A stretch of 63,587 nucleotides of DNA, filler included, from Limisphaerales bacterium (GTDB lineage: Bacteria > Verrucomicrobiota > Verrucomicrobiia > Limisphaerales > SIBE01): NCBI GenBank assembly GCA_044225505.1. It is 3 parts of 3 records of this genome, joined end to end, with 100 filler letters (N's around TTAATTAATTAA, not from the genome) between each part and the next. Parts side by side here need not be neighbours in the genome. Positions count along the whole stretch, not along the records: positions 23,872 to 47,704 come from JBGAIN010000134.1; 2 more parts are not named here. One strand, 5' to 3'. The notes under the pieces were generated by a model. That model did no database searches. It had not been told where the DNA came from and saw only the letters and a program-made list of their open reading frames with translations. Positions within the stretch are counted from its first letter, which is position 1. Each line of letters opens with the position of its first letter. Position numbers and translations under genes: made by a program. Positions 30,582 to 39,642 of this stretch are shown here, one piece after another.

Positions 30582-31157
30582 ATGGAATCGAGCGACGCTG
30601 AGCTGATTGCGGCGGTCCTCGGAGGAGAGGTGGCCAGTTTCGAGCCGCTCGTGCGGAAGTATCAGCCTCGCCTGTTTGCGACGGCCCGGCGCTATGCGCG
30701 CACGGAGAGCGAGGTTGAAGACATCGTTCAAGAAGTGTTCGTTAAGGCGTTCCAGAAGCTCTCCAGCTATCGGGGGGAGGCTCCCTTCGAGCATTGGCTG
30801 ATGCGCTTAGCCGTCCGAACATGCTTCGATTTTCTGCGCCAACACCAACGATCGAGAGAAAACGCGTTTTCCGAGGTCAGTTCGGCCGATTCAGACTGGC
30901 TGGAGTCGTTCGTTCCAGAAACGGGCAGTGATACGGAACGCGTGGCGGCGGCGCAGGCGCTGGTTCAAGCGGTCTTTGCTAAGCTTTCCCCGGCGGCACG
31001 CTTGGTTCTAACATTGCTCGAGATTGAAGAGCGGTCCGTCAAAGAAATCTCCGCGATGACCGGCTGGTCTGTGGCGCTCGTCAAAGTCCGAGCTTTTCGA
31101 GCTCGCCGGGAAATGCGAAAGTGCGTGGAGCGAATGGGGCTCGAGAAGTACCTGTAA
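30582..31157 (+). CDS. ECF RNA polymerase sigma factor
   Basis: EDIVQEVFVKAF and FEHWLMRLA (region 2); SVKEIS...VKVRAFRAR (region 4). Confidence 0.92.
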   Translation: MESSDAELIAAVLGGEVASFEPLVRKYQPRLFATARRYARTESEVEDIVQEVFVKAFQKLSSYRGEAPFEHWLMRLAVRTCFDFLRQHQRSRENAFSEVSSADSDWLESFVPETGSDTERVAAAQALVQAVFAKLSPAARLVLTLLEIEERSVKEISAMTGWSVALVKVRAFRARREMRKCVERMGLEKYL

Positions 31158-31196
31158 CCCGTCAATGATCGGAAGCGTCTGAGTTTTTGAGGGCAA

Positions 31197-31502
31197 ATGA
31201 GCGGTAACAAAATCGAAGATAAACTGTTCGCGATGGCGCGGGCAAACCCGCCTTCGGATCACGTGCCATACGCGTTCGAGAAGCGAGTCATGGCTGCACT
31301 AACATCGCAGCCAATACCTGATGCGTGGGCACTTTGGTCCCGGGCGCTCTGGCAAGCCGCTGCGATGTGCGTCGCTATCATGGTCTTAACCAGTGTTTGG
31401 ACAGTAACGCGCGAAAGCGCCTCGGGCGCCTCGGCAAACTTGGCCGCGGATTTGGAATCAACCGTTTGGGGACCGCTCAGCTCCATCAACGATTCCTGGT
31501 GA
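31197..31502 (+). CDS. Putative single-TM anti-sigma factor
   Basis: VPYAFEKRVMA plus one TM helix; directly downstream of the ECF gene. Confidence 0.7.
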   Translation: MSGNKIEDKLFAMARANPPSDHVPYAFEKRVMAALTSQPIPDAWALWSRALWQAAAMCVAIMVLTSVWTVTRESASGASANLAADLESTVWGPLSSINDSW

Positions 31503-31975
31503 ACGTCTGGAAAGTCATTTTTGCAGCGTTAGTGATTTTCGCTGCGGGCGTGGTCACGGGCGGGCTTACCGTCCGCCTCAAGCATGCTTCAGTGTCACCA
31601 CCAACGGCGCAGCCTAATCTTGGCCCTCTTCGGCAGCGTGGCGAATTGCTGGATCGGATGCAGCGCCAACTGTATCTGAACCCGACTCAGCGCGAACACG
31701 TGGAGCAAATCCTTCGTGAGAGCCACGATCGCATGAAGCAGCTTTGGGACTCTATCGCACCACAAGCCCAGGAAGAACATCGCCGGGTGAATGAGAAAAT
31801 TCGCGCTGAACTAGATCCCGAGCAGCAAATTAAGTTTGAGGAAATGCTCAAGCGCACGTCGAATCGCAACCTGGACGAGAGACGTAAACGTGAATCGAAG
31901 CCCACGCGGAAGCTTGAGTCTGGGGCGCGGACGAATAGTACTGCGAAGGAAATTGGCAAATCCGAGCCGCGCTAG
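31499..31975 (+). CDS. Membrane-anchored helical periplasmic protein (Spy/CpxP/heavy-metal-sensor-like)
   Basis: GTG start overlaps the upstream stop; IFAAGVVTGG TM segment; LNPTQ and LDPEQ motifs (LTxxQ-like). Confidence 0.7.
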   Translation: MNVWKVIFAALVIFAAGVVTGGLTVRLKHASVSPPTAQPNLGPLRQRGELLDRMQRQLYLNPTQREHVEQILRESHDRMKQLWDSIAPQAQEEHRRVNEKIRAELDPEQQIKFEEMLKRTSNRNLDERRKRESKPTRKLESGARTNSTAKEIGKSEPR

Positions 31976-33408
31976 GCCTCTGAATCTGGGATCGGGGCGA
32001 CAATGGCTTCGGCGGCACTATGCCCGATGATTCGGACGCGGGCGCCTTTCGCAACCAAATCGCCTTGCGTAATCACGTCCAATACTTCTTCCCCAAAGCG
32101 GGCTTTGCCCCCGGGGCGTAGATCCGAGTCTGCGATTCCGATGTCTCCGACCTGGCGTTCTTGGCGTGCAGATTGCCGCGAGACAGACTGCTCGCCGCTA
32201 ACGGTGTGCGAGACGAGTGCGCCAAAGACCGCTGTCTTCGGTAGCCACAAGCTGAGAATTCCTATGGACGCTACCGAGCCGGCACAGGCAATCGCTAAGT
32301 TCAACAGCATCGCTTCAATCGGAATGTAGAATCGAATTGGGGCCGGAAGGCCCGGAGCGTTTGGGTAGATGTCAACCATCGCCAGGACAATCGCAATCAT
32401 TACGAGAGCCGCTCCAATGAACCCAAAGACGGTGGTTCCTGGGAAAATGAACAACTCCAAACCCAGGAGAATGAGCCCGACGATGAACAGCGCGATCCAT
32501 TCGATTCCGGAAAGCCCTGCGACATAGCTGCCGAGAAAGTAAAGGGCAAAGGCCACGATGCCGACAATTCCTGGAAGCCCGAAGCCCGGAGTCTTGAATT
32601 CGATGTAGAGACCGATGACGCCGATAATCAAAAGGATTGGGCTGAGCGCATTGATCCAGGTCCCAAGCTGTTCAACTCCGGTTGGCTGAATCGTGACGCG
32701 TCGGGCCATTCCAACGCCGAGGTTGTCGAGCAGCTGATCCAGGTTCTCAAACGTTCCAAGCGAGAGCAGCGGTCTGGGAGGGTTACCATACTCCTTTTCC
32801 GCCTGCTTGTTGGTGAGGGTCAGGATTTGTCCCTTTTCATTTAGAACTTCGCCGTCGAGTTCGAGCACCTTGTTCTTGTCAATCATGGCTTCAATAACTT
32901 CGACGTTATGGCCATTCTTCTCTGCGTTCGCGCGAACCAAGGCTCGGATCCCGGAGGTCATTTTGGCTTCCATGGTTTGGGGCATCTCGGTCGGTGCCGC
33001 GCCCGGCATCATCAACAACGGTGCCGCGGCGCCGATCACACTTTGGGGCGCCATATAAATCCGTTGCGTGGCGACGGCAATGAAGGCGCCAGCTGAGAAA
33101 GCCTTGCCATTCACATAGGTAATCGTTTCCCCGTGAAACTGACCGAGAATCCGTATGATTTCCTCGGTTGTATCAACCCGGCCGCCATTGGTCTCCATGT
33201 CGAGAACGAGCACTTGAGCGTTGTCTTCGATGGCTGCTTTGACTCCGCGGCGGACGAGGTAGACAAGGGGGGGCATGATATCACTGCGAATCGGCAAGAC
33301 ATAAACTGGACGGTTCGTCGCGGTCATGGACTCCTTCAGTGCCGCTTCGCAGGCGAGACATGTCGCTAAGGTGACGAGACCAAGCAGAATGCTCTTTCGA
33401 AGGTTCAT
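31972..33408 (-). CDS. nfeD: NfeD-family membrane protein with ClpP/crotonase-like protease domain
   Basis: METNGGRVD, AFSAGAFIA, IGAAAP, IEFKTPGFG and C-terminal OB fold DLRPGGKA. Confidence 0.88.
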   Translation of the reverse strand: MNLRKSILLGLVTLATCLACEAALKESMTATNRPVYVLPIRSDIMPPLVYLVRRGVKAAIEDNAQVLVLDMETNGGRVDTTEEIIRILGQFHGETITYVNGKAFSAGAFIAVATQRIYMAPQSVIGAAAPLLMMPGAAPTEMPQTMEAKMTSGIRALVRANAEKNGHNVEVIEAMIDKNKVLELDGEVLNEKGQILTLTNKQAEKEYGNPPRPLLSLGTFENLDQLLDNLGVGMARRVTIQPTGVEQLGTWINALSPILLIIGVIGLYIEFKTPGFGLPGIVGIVAFALYFLGSYVAGLSGIEWIALFIVGLILLGLELFIFPGTTVFGFIGAALVMIAIVLAMVDIYPNAPGLPAPIRFYIPIEAMLLNLAIACAGSVASIGILSLWLPKTAVFGALVSHTVSGEQSVSRQSARQERQVGDIGIADSDLRPGGKARFGEEVLDVITQGDLVAKGARVRIIGHSAAEAIVAPIPDSEA

Positions 33409-33542
33409 ACTCGCAAACTAGGACAAGGAACAGGACCATGCAAGGAAGGTAAGAGATTACTATTTCTCCACTCTCCAAAAGAGGGACAGTTAATGGACAA
33501 GCAATGCGGTGGCAGTGGCTCTCCACCGCGAAACCCTCAGCG

Positions 33543-35102
33543 TCAACGGGTGGTTAGGATTTGCCGCACGTCATTCGCTGTTAGACCCAATTTTGAAGCG
33601 GCTGTGAGGAGGTCGTCATGGTGAACTCCATACCAGTTCTGTCGAGTCAAATCCGACAGACCGATGAGATCTACCGGAGCAATCGTTCTTAAGACGAGTG
33701 TCCGCAGCGCTTCCACCGCTGGCTCACTATCCGGAGTTTGCGCGACCTGCACCGCAAGCTTCAAACACTCTTCGAAAGCTGGCCCGAACTCCGGGTCCTC
33801 TCGCAGGAGGAAGGATCCGGCCCGATCGGTTCGACCGAGGCGCCAACTTAGTTCGGCATAACTGACCGCAGCAAAATAGAGTCGGGCAATCATCGTGAAC
33901 TGCCCAAAGTTACGCATGCACGAATACAGAGCCGCGACCAGCCGTTCGGTCACCAGCAAATCCAGAGTCGTCGCTTCTGCGTATCCGTTAAGGCGCTTGG
34001 CCATTTGTCCAGTTCCCCAAAAGCGGTCGATGATCTCCGACAGACGCAGGATTCCGAGCAAGTTTAAGGTGAAGCCTGTTGAAAGGAGTGGATCCACGAA
34101 CCCTGCCGCCGAGGGCAGCAGCACCCAATTCTGGCCGGTTAGAGTGGCGCAGCGGAAGCCCAGGCGAGAAATATGTTGAAATGGGATTTCCGCTCGAGCC
34201 CCAGCAAACTGGTCTCGCACCGTGGGAAGGCGTTCTAAAACTTGCTTCCAGATCTCCTCCGGTTTTGCCATGGCAGAATGCGCGTGTTTACGCTGGGCGA
34301 CTCCTGCGCTCACCAACCCGTTGTTGAACCGGAGAATCCAGATCCAACCATCGTCGAAGATATGATGCACAGCGGCATCGTCCACAGGGTAAGGTGGGAG
34401 TGGAGCGGGAGGGAATATTCCCATATCGCCCAAGCGAGCAACATTCCGAAAGTGGCTGAAGGCCGATTCCGTTTGAGGGAGAAAGGCGAGCTCCGTCTCC
34501 CCCAGTCCCAACCTGGTGAACAATGCGCCCCGTGGTCCTGTCGCGTCGATAACGAAGGCGGTTTGAAGATGAAGTGGTTTTCCGCATCGCTCACCCTCTA
34601 GATGAACCGATTCACCAACAAAGGAGACCTGGGCAAGCTCAACCCGGTCTAAATAGTCGACCCCCTGTGATTGAGCCTCACTGACCAGGAAATGATCGAA
34701 ATCCGGCCGGTACCAGTGTGTGTCCGCTTCGGCATCGTTCGAACTGGCCGCAACCAGCAATTGACTTTCATGCGAAGGATCTCCGAGAAAAGGGCTTCCG
34801 GAAGCGTGCTTAAAAAACGAAAAGCCGCGTTTTAGACCGCATCCGATGTGAGGGTAAGTCGCTTGCCAGGTCCCCCATTGAGCGAGCGGACGAAGGCGGG
34901 GCAAATCGTACTCGAGACCGATCCGCTCGAGTAAGAGGTTTGAAATTGGAGTGGAGGATTCGCCGATGGCGAAGCGCGGATGGTGACCCCGTTCCAAAAG
35001 CAATACGGAGAAGCCGCGTCGACACAACATCATCGCGATTAACGATCCGCCAAACCCAGATCCGAGAACGACGATATCAAATGCGGTCCGGAACGAGCTC
35101 AT
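33543..35102 (-). CDS. Flavin-dependent halogenase-like oxidoreductase (PrnC-like)
   Basis: GSGFGG FAD motif; HPRFAIGESS; GCGLKRGF (conserved Lys); GWIWILRF; AAGFVDPLLSTG. ATG overlaps the radical SAM stop (ATGA). Confidence 0.82.
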   Translation of the reverse strand: MSSFRTAFDIVVLGSGFGGSLIAMMLCRRGFSVLLLERGHHPRFAIGESSTPISNLLLERIGLEYDLPRLRPLAQWGTWQATYPHIGCGLKRGFSFFKHASGSPFLGDPSHESQLLVAASSNDAEADTHWYRPDFDHFLVSEAQSQGVDYLDRVELAQVSFVGESVHLEGERCGKPLHLQTAFVIDATGPRGALFTRLGLGETELAFLPQTESAFSHFRNVARLGDMGIFPPAPLPPYPVDDAAVHHIFDDGWIWILRFNNGLVSAGVAQRKHAHSAMAKPEEIWKQVLERLPTVRDQFAGARAEIPFQHISRLGFRCATLTGQNWVLLPSAAGFVDPLLSTGFTLNLLGILRLSEIIDRFWGTGQMAKRLNGYAEATTLDLLVTERLVAALYSCMRNFGQFTMIARLYFAAVSYAELSWRLGRTDRAGSFLLREDPEFGPAFEECLKLAVQVAQTPDSEPAVEALRTLVLRTIAPVDLIGLSDLTRQNWYGVHHDDLLTAASKLGLTANDVRQILTTR

Positions 35103-36241
35103 CTTGGGGGTTGATGGCGCGGCGATGGGGAAGAGTCGCAAACGCCGCAGGCGACCCTCGGGAAATCGAGTTGCTCGTGATTTATCCGCTCTAGCCGGGC
35201 GCGTCGTGCCGGGAAGCACTTGGTGCAGCGCGAAAACCGTTCCAGGTCCCATAGGTCAGCAAAAACTCGGCCTCGACCCGTTCGGATTCCGTAGCTGTGG
35301 ACAGATTCCAAAGTCGCCAGCGAAGGTTCAGAGAATTCGCCTAAGGCGCGAAGCGCTTCCATGGCGCCGTTGCCGCCTCGCGTTGGCACCAGCGATACCA
35401 CGGTGGCTCCGGCATCGAAAGCCACGTCGATCGATCGCTGAGCCCATTCCGCTCCTTCTGCTTCGCCCAGGAACGGTGGTGTGACTAGGAGAAAGACGCG
35501 AAGAGCGATTTCGTGATGGCGGAGGAAAGCGGCCGCATGTCGAAATTGGTCGAGAGTCATCCTTTTGTTGAGTCGCTGCAACGTCTCAGGGTGCGCGGTC
35601 TCAAGTCCAATACCCACTTCCAGTCTGGTGGTATCACGGCCAAGGCCGGTTCCCCTGGCGGCAAACTTCAACGAGCGCTGGAAAGCCAGAGTCCGATCCC
35701 CCACAAACGCTGGGTGGCACTCCACAATGACGCGGTCGAAGGAGCTCACGCATGCCGCGATTCCTTCATAATCCTGAGGAGGAATAGCGAGGGGGTCGAA
35801 GAAACTACCTCCGTTATATAGCTTGATCTGCTTCGGCCGAGCGACCGCGGCGGTTGGGCTGATTCGTGTCGCCGAATCTGGATCCGAGTTCGGCTGATCA
35901 CGCGAGGTAGGTGAGATCTGTGGCTCGTTTAGCAGGCTCAACGCGAATCGGATTTGCTCGACTACAGCCCCGCGAGGAACCGGCTCTGGCAGAGTCGTTT
36001 TCCAAAGGTCGCACATCACACACTTCCACGGGCATTCTCGATTCGTGAGGAGGATCGTGGCTACCGGAAGCACATCGCCGCCCTCGAAGCGTTCCAGTTC
36101 GACAAAGCAGCCGTGAGGACGGAACGGATTTACCGTATGCCGTGCCGTCCGTTGGCTCACGATCCAGCGGTTACGCTCCGTCCCACGCGTCGGGTATTGG
36201 GCCGGAACGCGTCCAGATTCAGCGGTTTGGTGCATGGGCAT
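35099..36241 (-). CDS. Radical SAM protein, RaSEA/TIGR01210-like
   Basis: CPWKCVMC; IKLYNGGSFFDP; VIVECHP; LEVGIGLET; C-terminal CTKC...CGVC. Start uncertain (36241/36235). Confidence 0.82.
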   Translation of the reverse strand: MPMHQTAESGRVPAQYPTRGTERNRWIVSQRTARHTVNPFRPHGCFVELERFEGGDVLPVATILLTNRECPWKCVMCDLWKTTLPEPVPRGAVVEQIRFALSLLNEPQISPTSRDQPNSDPDSATRISPTAAVARPKQIKLYNGGSFFDPLAIPPQDYEGIAACVSSFDRVIVECHPAFVGDRTLAFQRSLKFAARGTGLGRDTTRLEVGIGLETAHPETLQRLNKRMTLDQFRHAAAFLRHHEIALRVFLLVTPPFLGEAEGAEWAQRSIDVAFDAGATVVSLVPTRGGNGAMEALRALGEFSEPSLATLESVHSYGIRTGRGRVFADLWDLERFSRCTKCFPARRARLERINHEQLDFPRVACGVCDSSPSPRHQPPR

Positions 36242-36336
36242 TTCGGGAGCAGATCCAATGAAGAGACATGGCCAATCAAATTGTTGACCGATTTTGCTCA
36301 AATTGGCAGATCTCCTCCTATACTAATAGAGAAATC

Positions 36337-37827
36337 ATGCAAGCAACGACTGCGCTGCGTCGACTAGGATGGGAGCCACTCCGGTTCCTTGGGCTGATGA
36401 TTCTTATTCAATGGACCGCAGGCGTTCTCCTGAAAGCGGCGGATGACGACGTTTCATTCGCTGGAATCTACCGCGATGAGCGAGTCGCCGTGGAGTTGAT
36501 CGGTCCCATCTCCGCTAGTGGACGTGCGGAATATAAGGGGACGGTTCAGTTGGGCGAAGAAAAGTTCCCCTTGAATGCGTATGCGGAAGAGAATCGATTG
36601 AAGGGAACGTTCGAAAGCCGAGGAGACAAATTTGAGTTTACGGGAACTGTGGTGGGCCGCATTTTCAGTTTCACCACAGAAGGGACGTCTTACAAGCTAA
36701 CTAAGCAGACTTTGAATCCCCTGGCGCGGGCCCCAGCGAAAGCGAACCCGCTGGCTTTAAGTCGAACGAACGCGCTGGCGTCGACAAATACGGCGCCGGC
36801 CTCTGCCACGTTTCGAACGGGGACGTCAAAGTATCGGAGGCATCCAGTCATGGATGACCCGAACATGATTGGTGGCGAGGCATTCAGTCTGATTATCCCT
36901 TCTGACTGGCAGGTTGAAGGTGGTTTGGCGTGGCGTATGCATCCCGCTAGCCCGGCCTACGTTGAAGTGCGGGTCGGTAATCCGAACGGTTTCGAGCTTC
37001 TCGAGGCATTTCCAGCCCTTCCTTTCGTTTGGCTCGACGGCGGGATACCGCTCTTCCCAGTCGGCTCCAAGTATCGGGGAAACGAAGTGCATGAGCCCAT
37101 CGAAGATCCGGTAGCCTATATCAAACAGATTATCGTGCCCAGGTTCCGGCAAAACATCGGGCCGGCAGAGGTTTTGGAAGTGGAGGAAATTCCCACGGTG
37201 GCGGCTGCGGTGGCAGAAGCGGCCAAGGAATCGGGAGTGGAAAAGAAATTTCGCGCCGCCCGGTTGCGGTTGGAATACGTGATCAATGGGAAATTCGTTC
37301 ACGAAGACATCTTCTGCGTCTTAGGCTCGGCTCGGTTGCCTGCGCTCCGAACCACATTCTGGGGACCCGACCGTAACTATTCGTTTCGCGCCGAGAGGGG
37401 GCAGCTAGCTCCGATGAGCCGAGTCTTTCAGTCGATCGTCAACTCCTATCGTCCCACGTTGCCTTGGTTTAACCGCTACTCTCAGCTGCTCGCAAACTTG
37501 GCTCGCAGCCAAGTTGACTCCACTCGTCCGGTCGCCGAACTGACACGCTATCTTGCCGGAACGACGAACGACTTGGAGGAGGGGCGGCGGGCGATCTACG
37601 AGAAGCAGATCGCGGTGCAAGAAGGAATTAGTTCGGTCTTTAGTCAATACGTGCGCGGTTTGAGTGGGTTCCGTGACCCCTTCGACGGGCGTAAAGTGGA
37701 GTTTCCAAGTGCCTTTACCCAGGTCTGGGCAAATTCCAAAGGCGAATACCTCCTGTCCGACAGTTCTGGGTTTGACCCGAACCGTGGTGCGAACTCCGGT
37801 TGGCAAGCGATGCCGGCGTATCGTTAG
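36337..37827 (+). CDS. Exported hypothetical protein
   Basis: Long ORF with signal-like N-terminus, an N-terminal beta domain, IPSDWQVEGG and a C-terminal helical region. Confidence 0.75.
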   Translation: MQATTALRRLGWEPLRFLGLMILIQWTAGVLLKAADDDVSFAGIYRDERVAVELIGPISASGRAEYKGTVQLGEEKFPLNAYAEENRLKGTFESRGDKFEFTGTVVGRIFSFTTEGTSYKLTKQTLNPLARAPAKANPLALSRTNALASTNTAPASATFRTGTSKYRRHPVMDDPNMIGGEAFSLIIPSDWQVEGGLAWRMHPASPAYVEVRVGNPNGFELLEAFPALPFVWLDGGIPLFPVGSKYRGNEVHEPIEDPVAYIKQIIVPRFRQNIGPAEVLEVEEIPTVAAAVAEAAKESGVEKKFRAARLRLEYVINGKFVHEDIFCVLGSARLPALRTTFWGPDRNYSFRAERGQLAPMSRVFQSIVNSYRPTLPWFNRYSQLLANLARSQVDSTRPVAELTRYLAGTTNDLEEGRRAIYEKQIAVQEGISSVFSQYVRGLSGFRDPFDGRKVEFPSAFTQVWANSKGEYLLSDSSGFDPNRGANSGWQAMPAYR

Positions 37828-38303
37828 GAATTCGAAAAGAAGCTTGCCGTTCGACGTTTTCAGGGGTTCCACCGATTCTTTTTCGTGGTATTCCGCATAG
37901 CGCTTACGACGGTTGAGTGCTTTGCTTCTTGTGGGTATGCGTTTGAGCGGAATCCCAATGATTCAACCGGTGCCTTTGGTCAATGACCCGTCCAGCCCGA
38001 TGGGATCGCCCCAGCCGATCTTGCAGTTCAAAGAGTTGGCCGTTGACCAAGTGCGCTATCAGGAGTGGAAAGCCAGCTTAAAGCGCGATCGAATCTCCAA
38101 AGCCCTCAAACGTTGATCTCACGCTCCTTGAAGTTTTACCCAAAAGTGTCCCAGCCTCGGTCAGTGGTGATTGGTAAACGGTGCCAGCGCGGTTTTGCGA
38201 AGTAGTGTGGAGTAGGATTTGGGTTTGACAGGGGTCAAAAAGCGCCCTCGAATCGTTTGCGGAAGGATCATAGAGCGATCGCTGGCTGAGTCCTGATACA
38301 TCG

Positions 38304-38486
38304 ATGCACTCTCACGAATCTTCAGGCCGGATTCGGAAGAAGCGACGACGGACGCGTAAGCTGAGCCAAAATCGCCAACTACTGGCGGCTGTCGTTAGCC
38401 TGGTCGGATTCGGGCTTCTGCTTGTTGCGTCGATTACCTACCTGCTTTCTACCCAGGTTTGTCAATTGCCGAAATTCCTTCGGTAA
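38304..38486 (+). CDS. Small membrane protein
   Basis: Basic stretch RIRKKRRRTRK followed by one TM helix. Confidence 0.5.
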   Translation: MHSHESSGRIRKKRRRTRKLSQNRQLLAAVVSLVGFGLLLVASITYLLSTQVCQLPKFLR

Positions 38487-38492
38487 AACCAG

Positions 38493-38521
38493 AAAAAAAG
38501 CGGCTCCGTCCGGAGCCGCTT
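38493..38521 (-). terminator. Rho-independent terminator (possibly bidirectional)
   Basis: Hairpin AAGCGGCTCC-GTCC-GGAGCCGCTT with an adjacent A-tract (U-tract on the minus strand), between convergent genes. Confidence 0.75.
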
Positions 38522-38639
38522 GGATACACAAATTGGTTCAGGCGTGCGTCGTTTTGTGCGAAACCATACCCGGGTGGTTCCACAACCCTGTGCCCGCCTG
38601 GACACCATTCTGAATTCACCGGGGCTCGGAAAGTTTCGG

Positions 38640-39533
38640 TCATTTTCGGGTGCTTCGCTCCTGCAGCCAAAGGACGTCTACGTTGTTCGGGGAATCGATA
38701 TTCGTGCGAAGAGTCTGTTTGGGCTTCATTGGAGGCGTCGTTCGGGCATCGCTCCACTTTTTCAACTCTGCGTGGCTGTCGGCGAACGAGAAACTGGCAG
38801 CGCGGTTGTGGTAAGCGCCTGGGAAATCGACGATCTTCTGCCGATTGGCATTATCGTTATACCCAGCCATGTCGACAATGAAGTATCCATCGTTGATGCT
38901 ATCCTCGCGTTCATCCGCGAAGACCCAAGTCTGGGATGGACCCGGATCGTTCATGTCCGATTGTTTCAGATAGACCAGCCATCCTGAGGAGCTAATGGGA
39001 CGCCACGACCCAGACGGTTCCCAACCTTCTCCGCCCACCCAGCAATTCATCGACGTGGTCCGTATGCGCGGCACGGTTTGCCCCTTATTATTGACGCCGG
39101 TACTCCTGTCTCCAGGGCACTTCCAAATTCCCAGCGCTCCGCCGCAATACGGCCAGAGGACACTTTGCCGGGTGAATTTATCTGCATTCCAATTGGACTC
39201 GTCGGACGGATCAACCAAACTTAGCCAGTTCGTCCCCGCCCAGTCCGGCTGTATGCGGTTGACGCTGATTTCCCACCCGCGCGCTCCCGGAATTTTGTCA
39301 TTGTTGTCTTCGGAGTATAAGCGCCATGCCAAGCACAGTTGCTTTGAGTTATTGAGGCAGAGGATTCCTTGAGCCTTGGCTTTGGCCTTGCTCAGCGCTG
39401 GTAGGAGCATCCCCGCGAGGATAGCGATGATGGCGATGACTACCAGGAGTTCGATCAAAGTGAATCCAGTTCGCGATTTTTGAAGCAACGAGCTTGGCTT
39501 GGCAGTACGGCTGATACTCAACGCGTTATTCAC
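38640..39533 (-). CDS. Prepilin-type N-terminal cleavage/methylation protein with H-X9-DG-type C-terminal motif
   Basis: [49 protein letters not shown] (DG replaced by DS). Confidence 0.9.
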   Translation of the reverse strand: MNNALSISRTAKPSSLLQKSRTGFTLIELLVVIAIIAILAGMLLPALSKAKAKAQGILCLNNSKQLCLAWRLYSEDNNDKIPGARGWEISVNRIQPDWAGTNWLSLVDPSDESNWNADKFTRQSVLWPYCGGALGIWKCPGDRSTGVNNKGQTVPRIRTTSMNCWVGGEGWEPSGSWRPISSSGWLVYLKQSDMNDPGPSQTWVFADEREDSINDGYFIVDMAGYNDNANRQKIVDFPGAYHNRAASFSFADSHAELKKWSDARTTPPMKPKQTLRTNIDSPNNVDVLWLQERSTRK

Positions 39534-39642
39534 CCCCTCCTGTAACTCAACGAATTACCCCCGTTGTAAAGACAAACGGAGACAAAAGCAAGTGTGCGTT
39601 GAATCGCACACGCGCTGCGTGTCTACTGCTTTCTAAGGCAAC

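Noticed and set aside
35103..35252. N-terminal extension of the halogenase ORF
   Set aside because: Overlaps the radical SAM C-terminus; ATG 35102 places the FAD motif at the expected N-terminal position.
37913..38116. 67-aa ORF downstream of the exported hypothetical protein
   Set aside because: Short, with no clear start, RBS or motif; cannot be supported from sequence alone.
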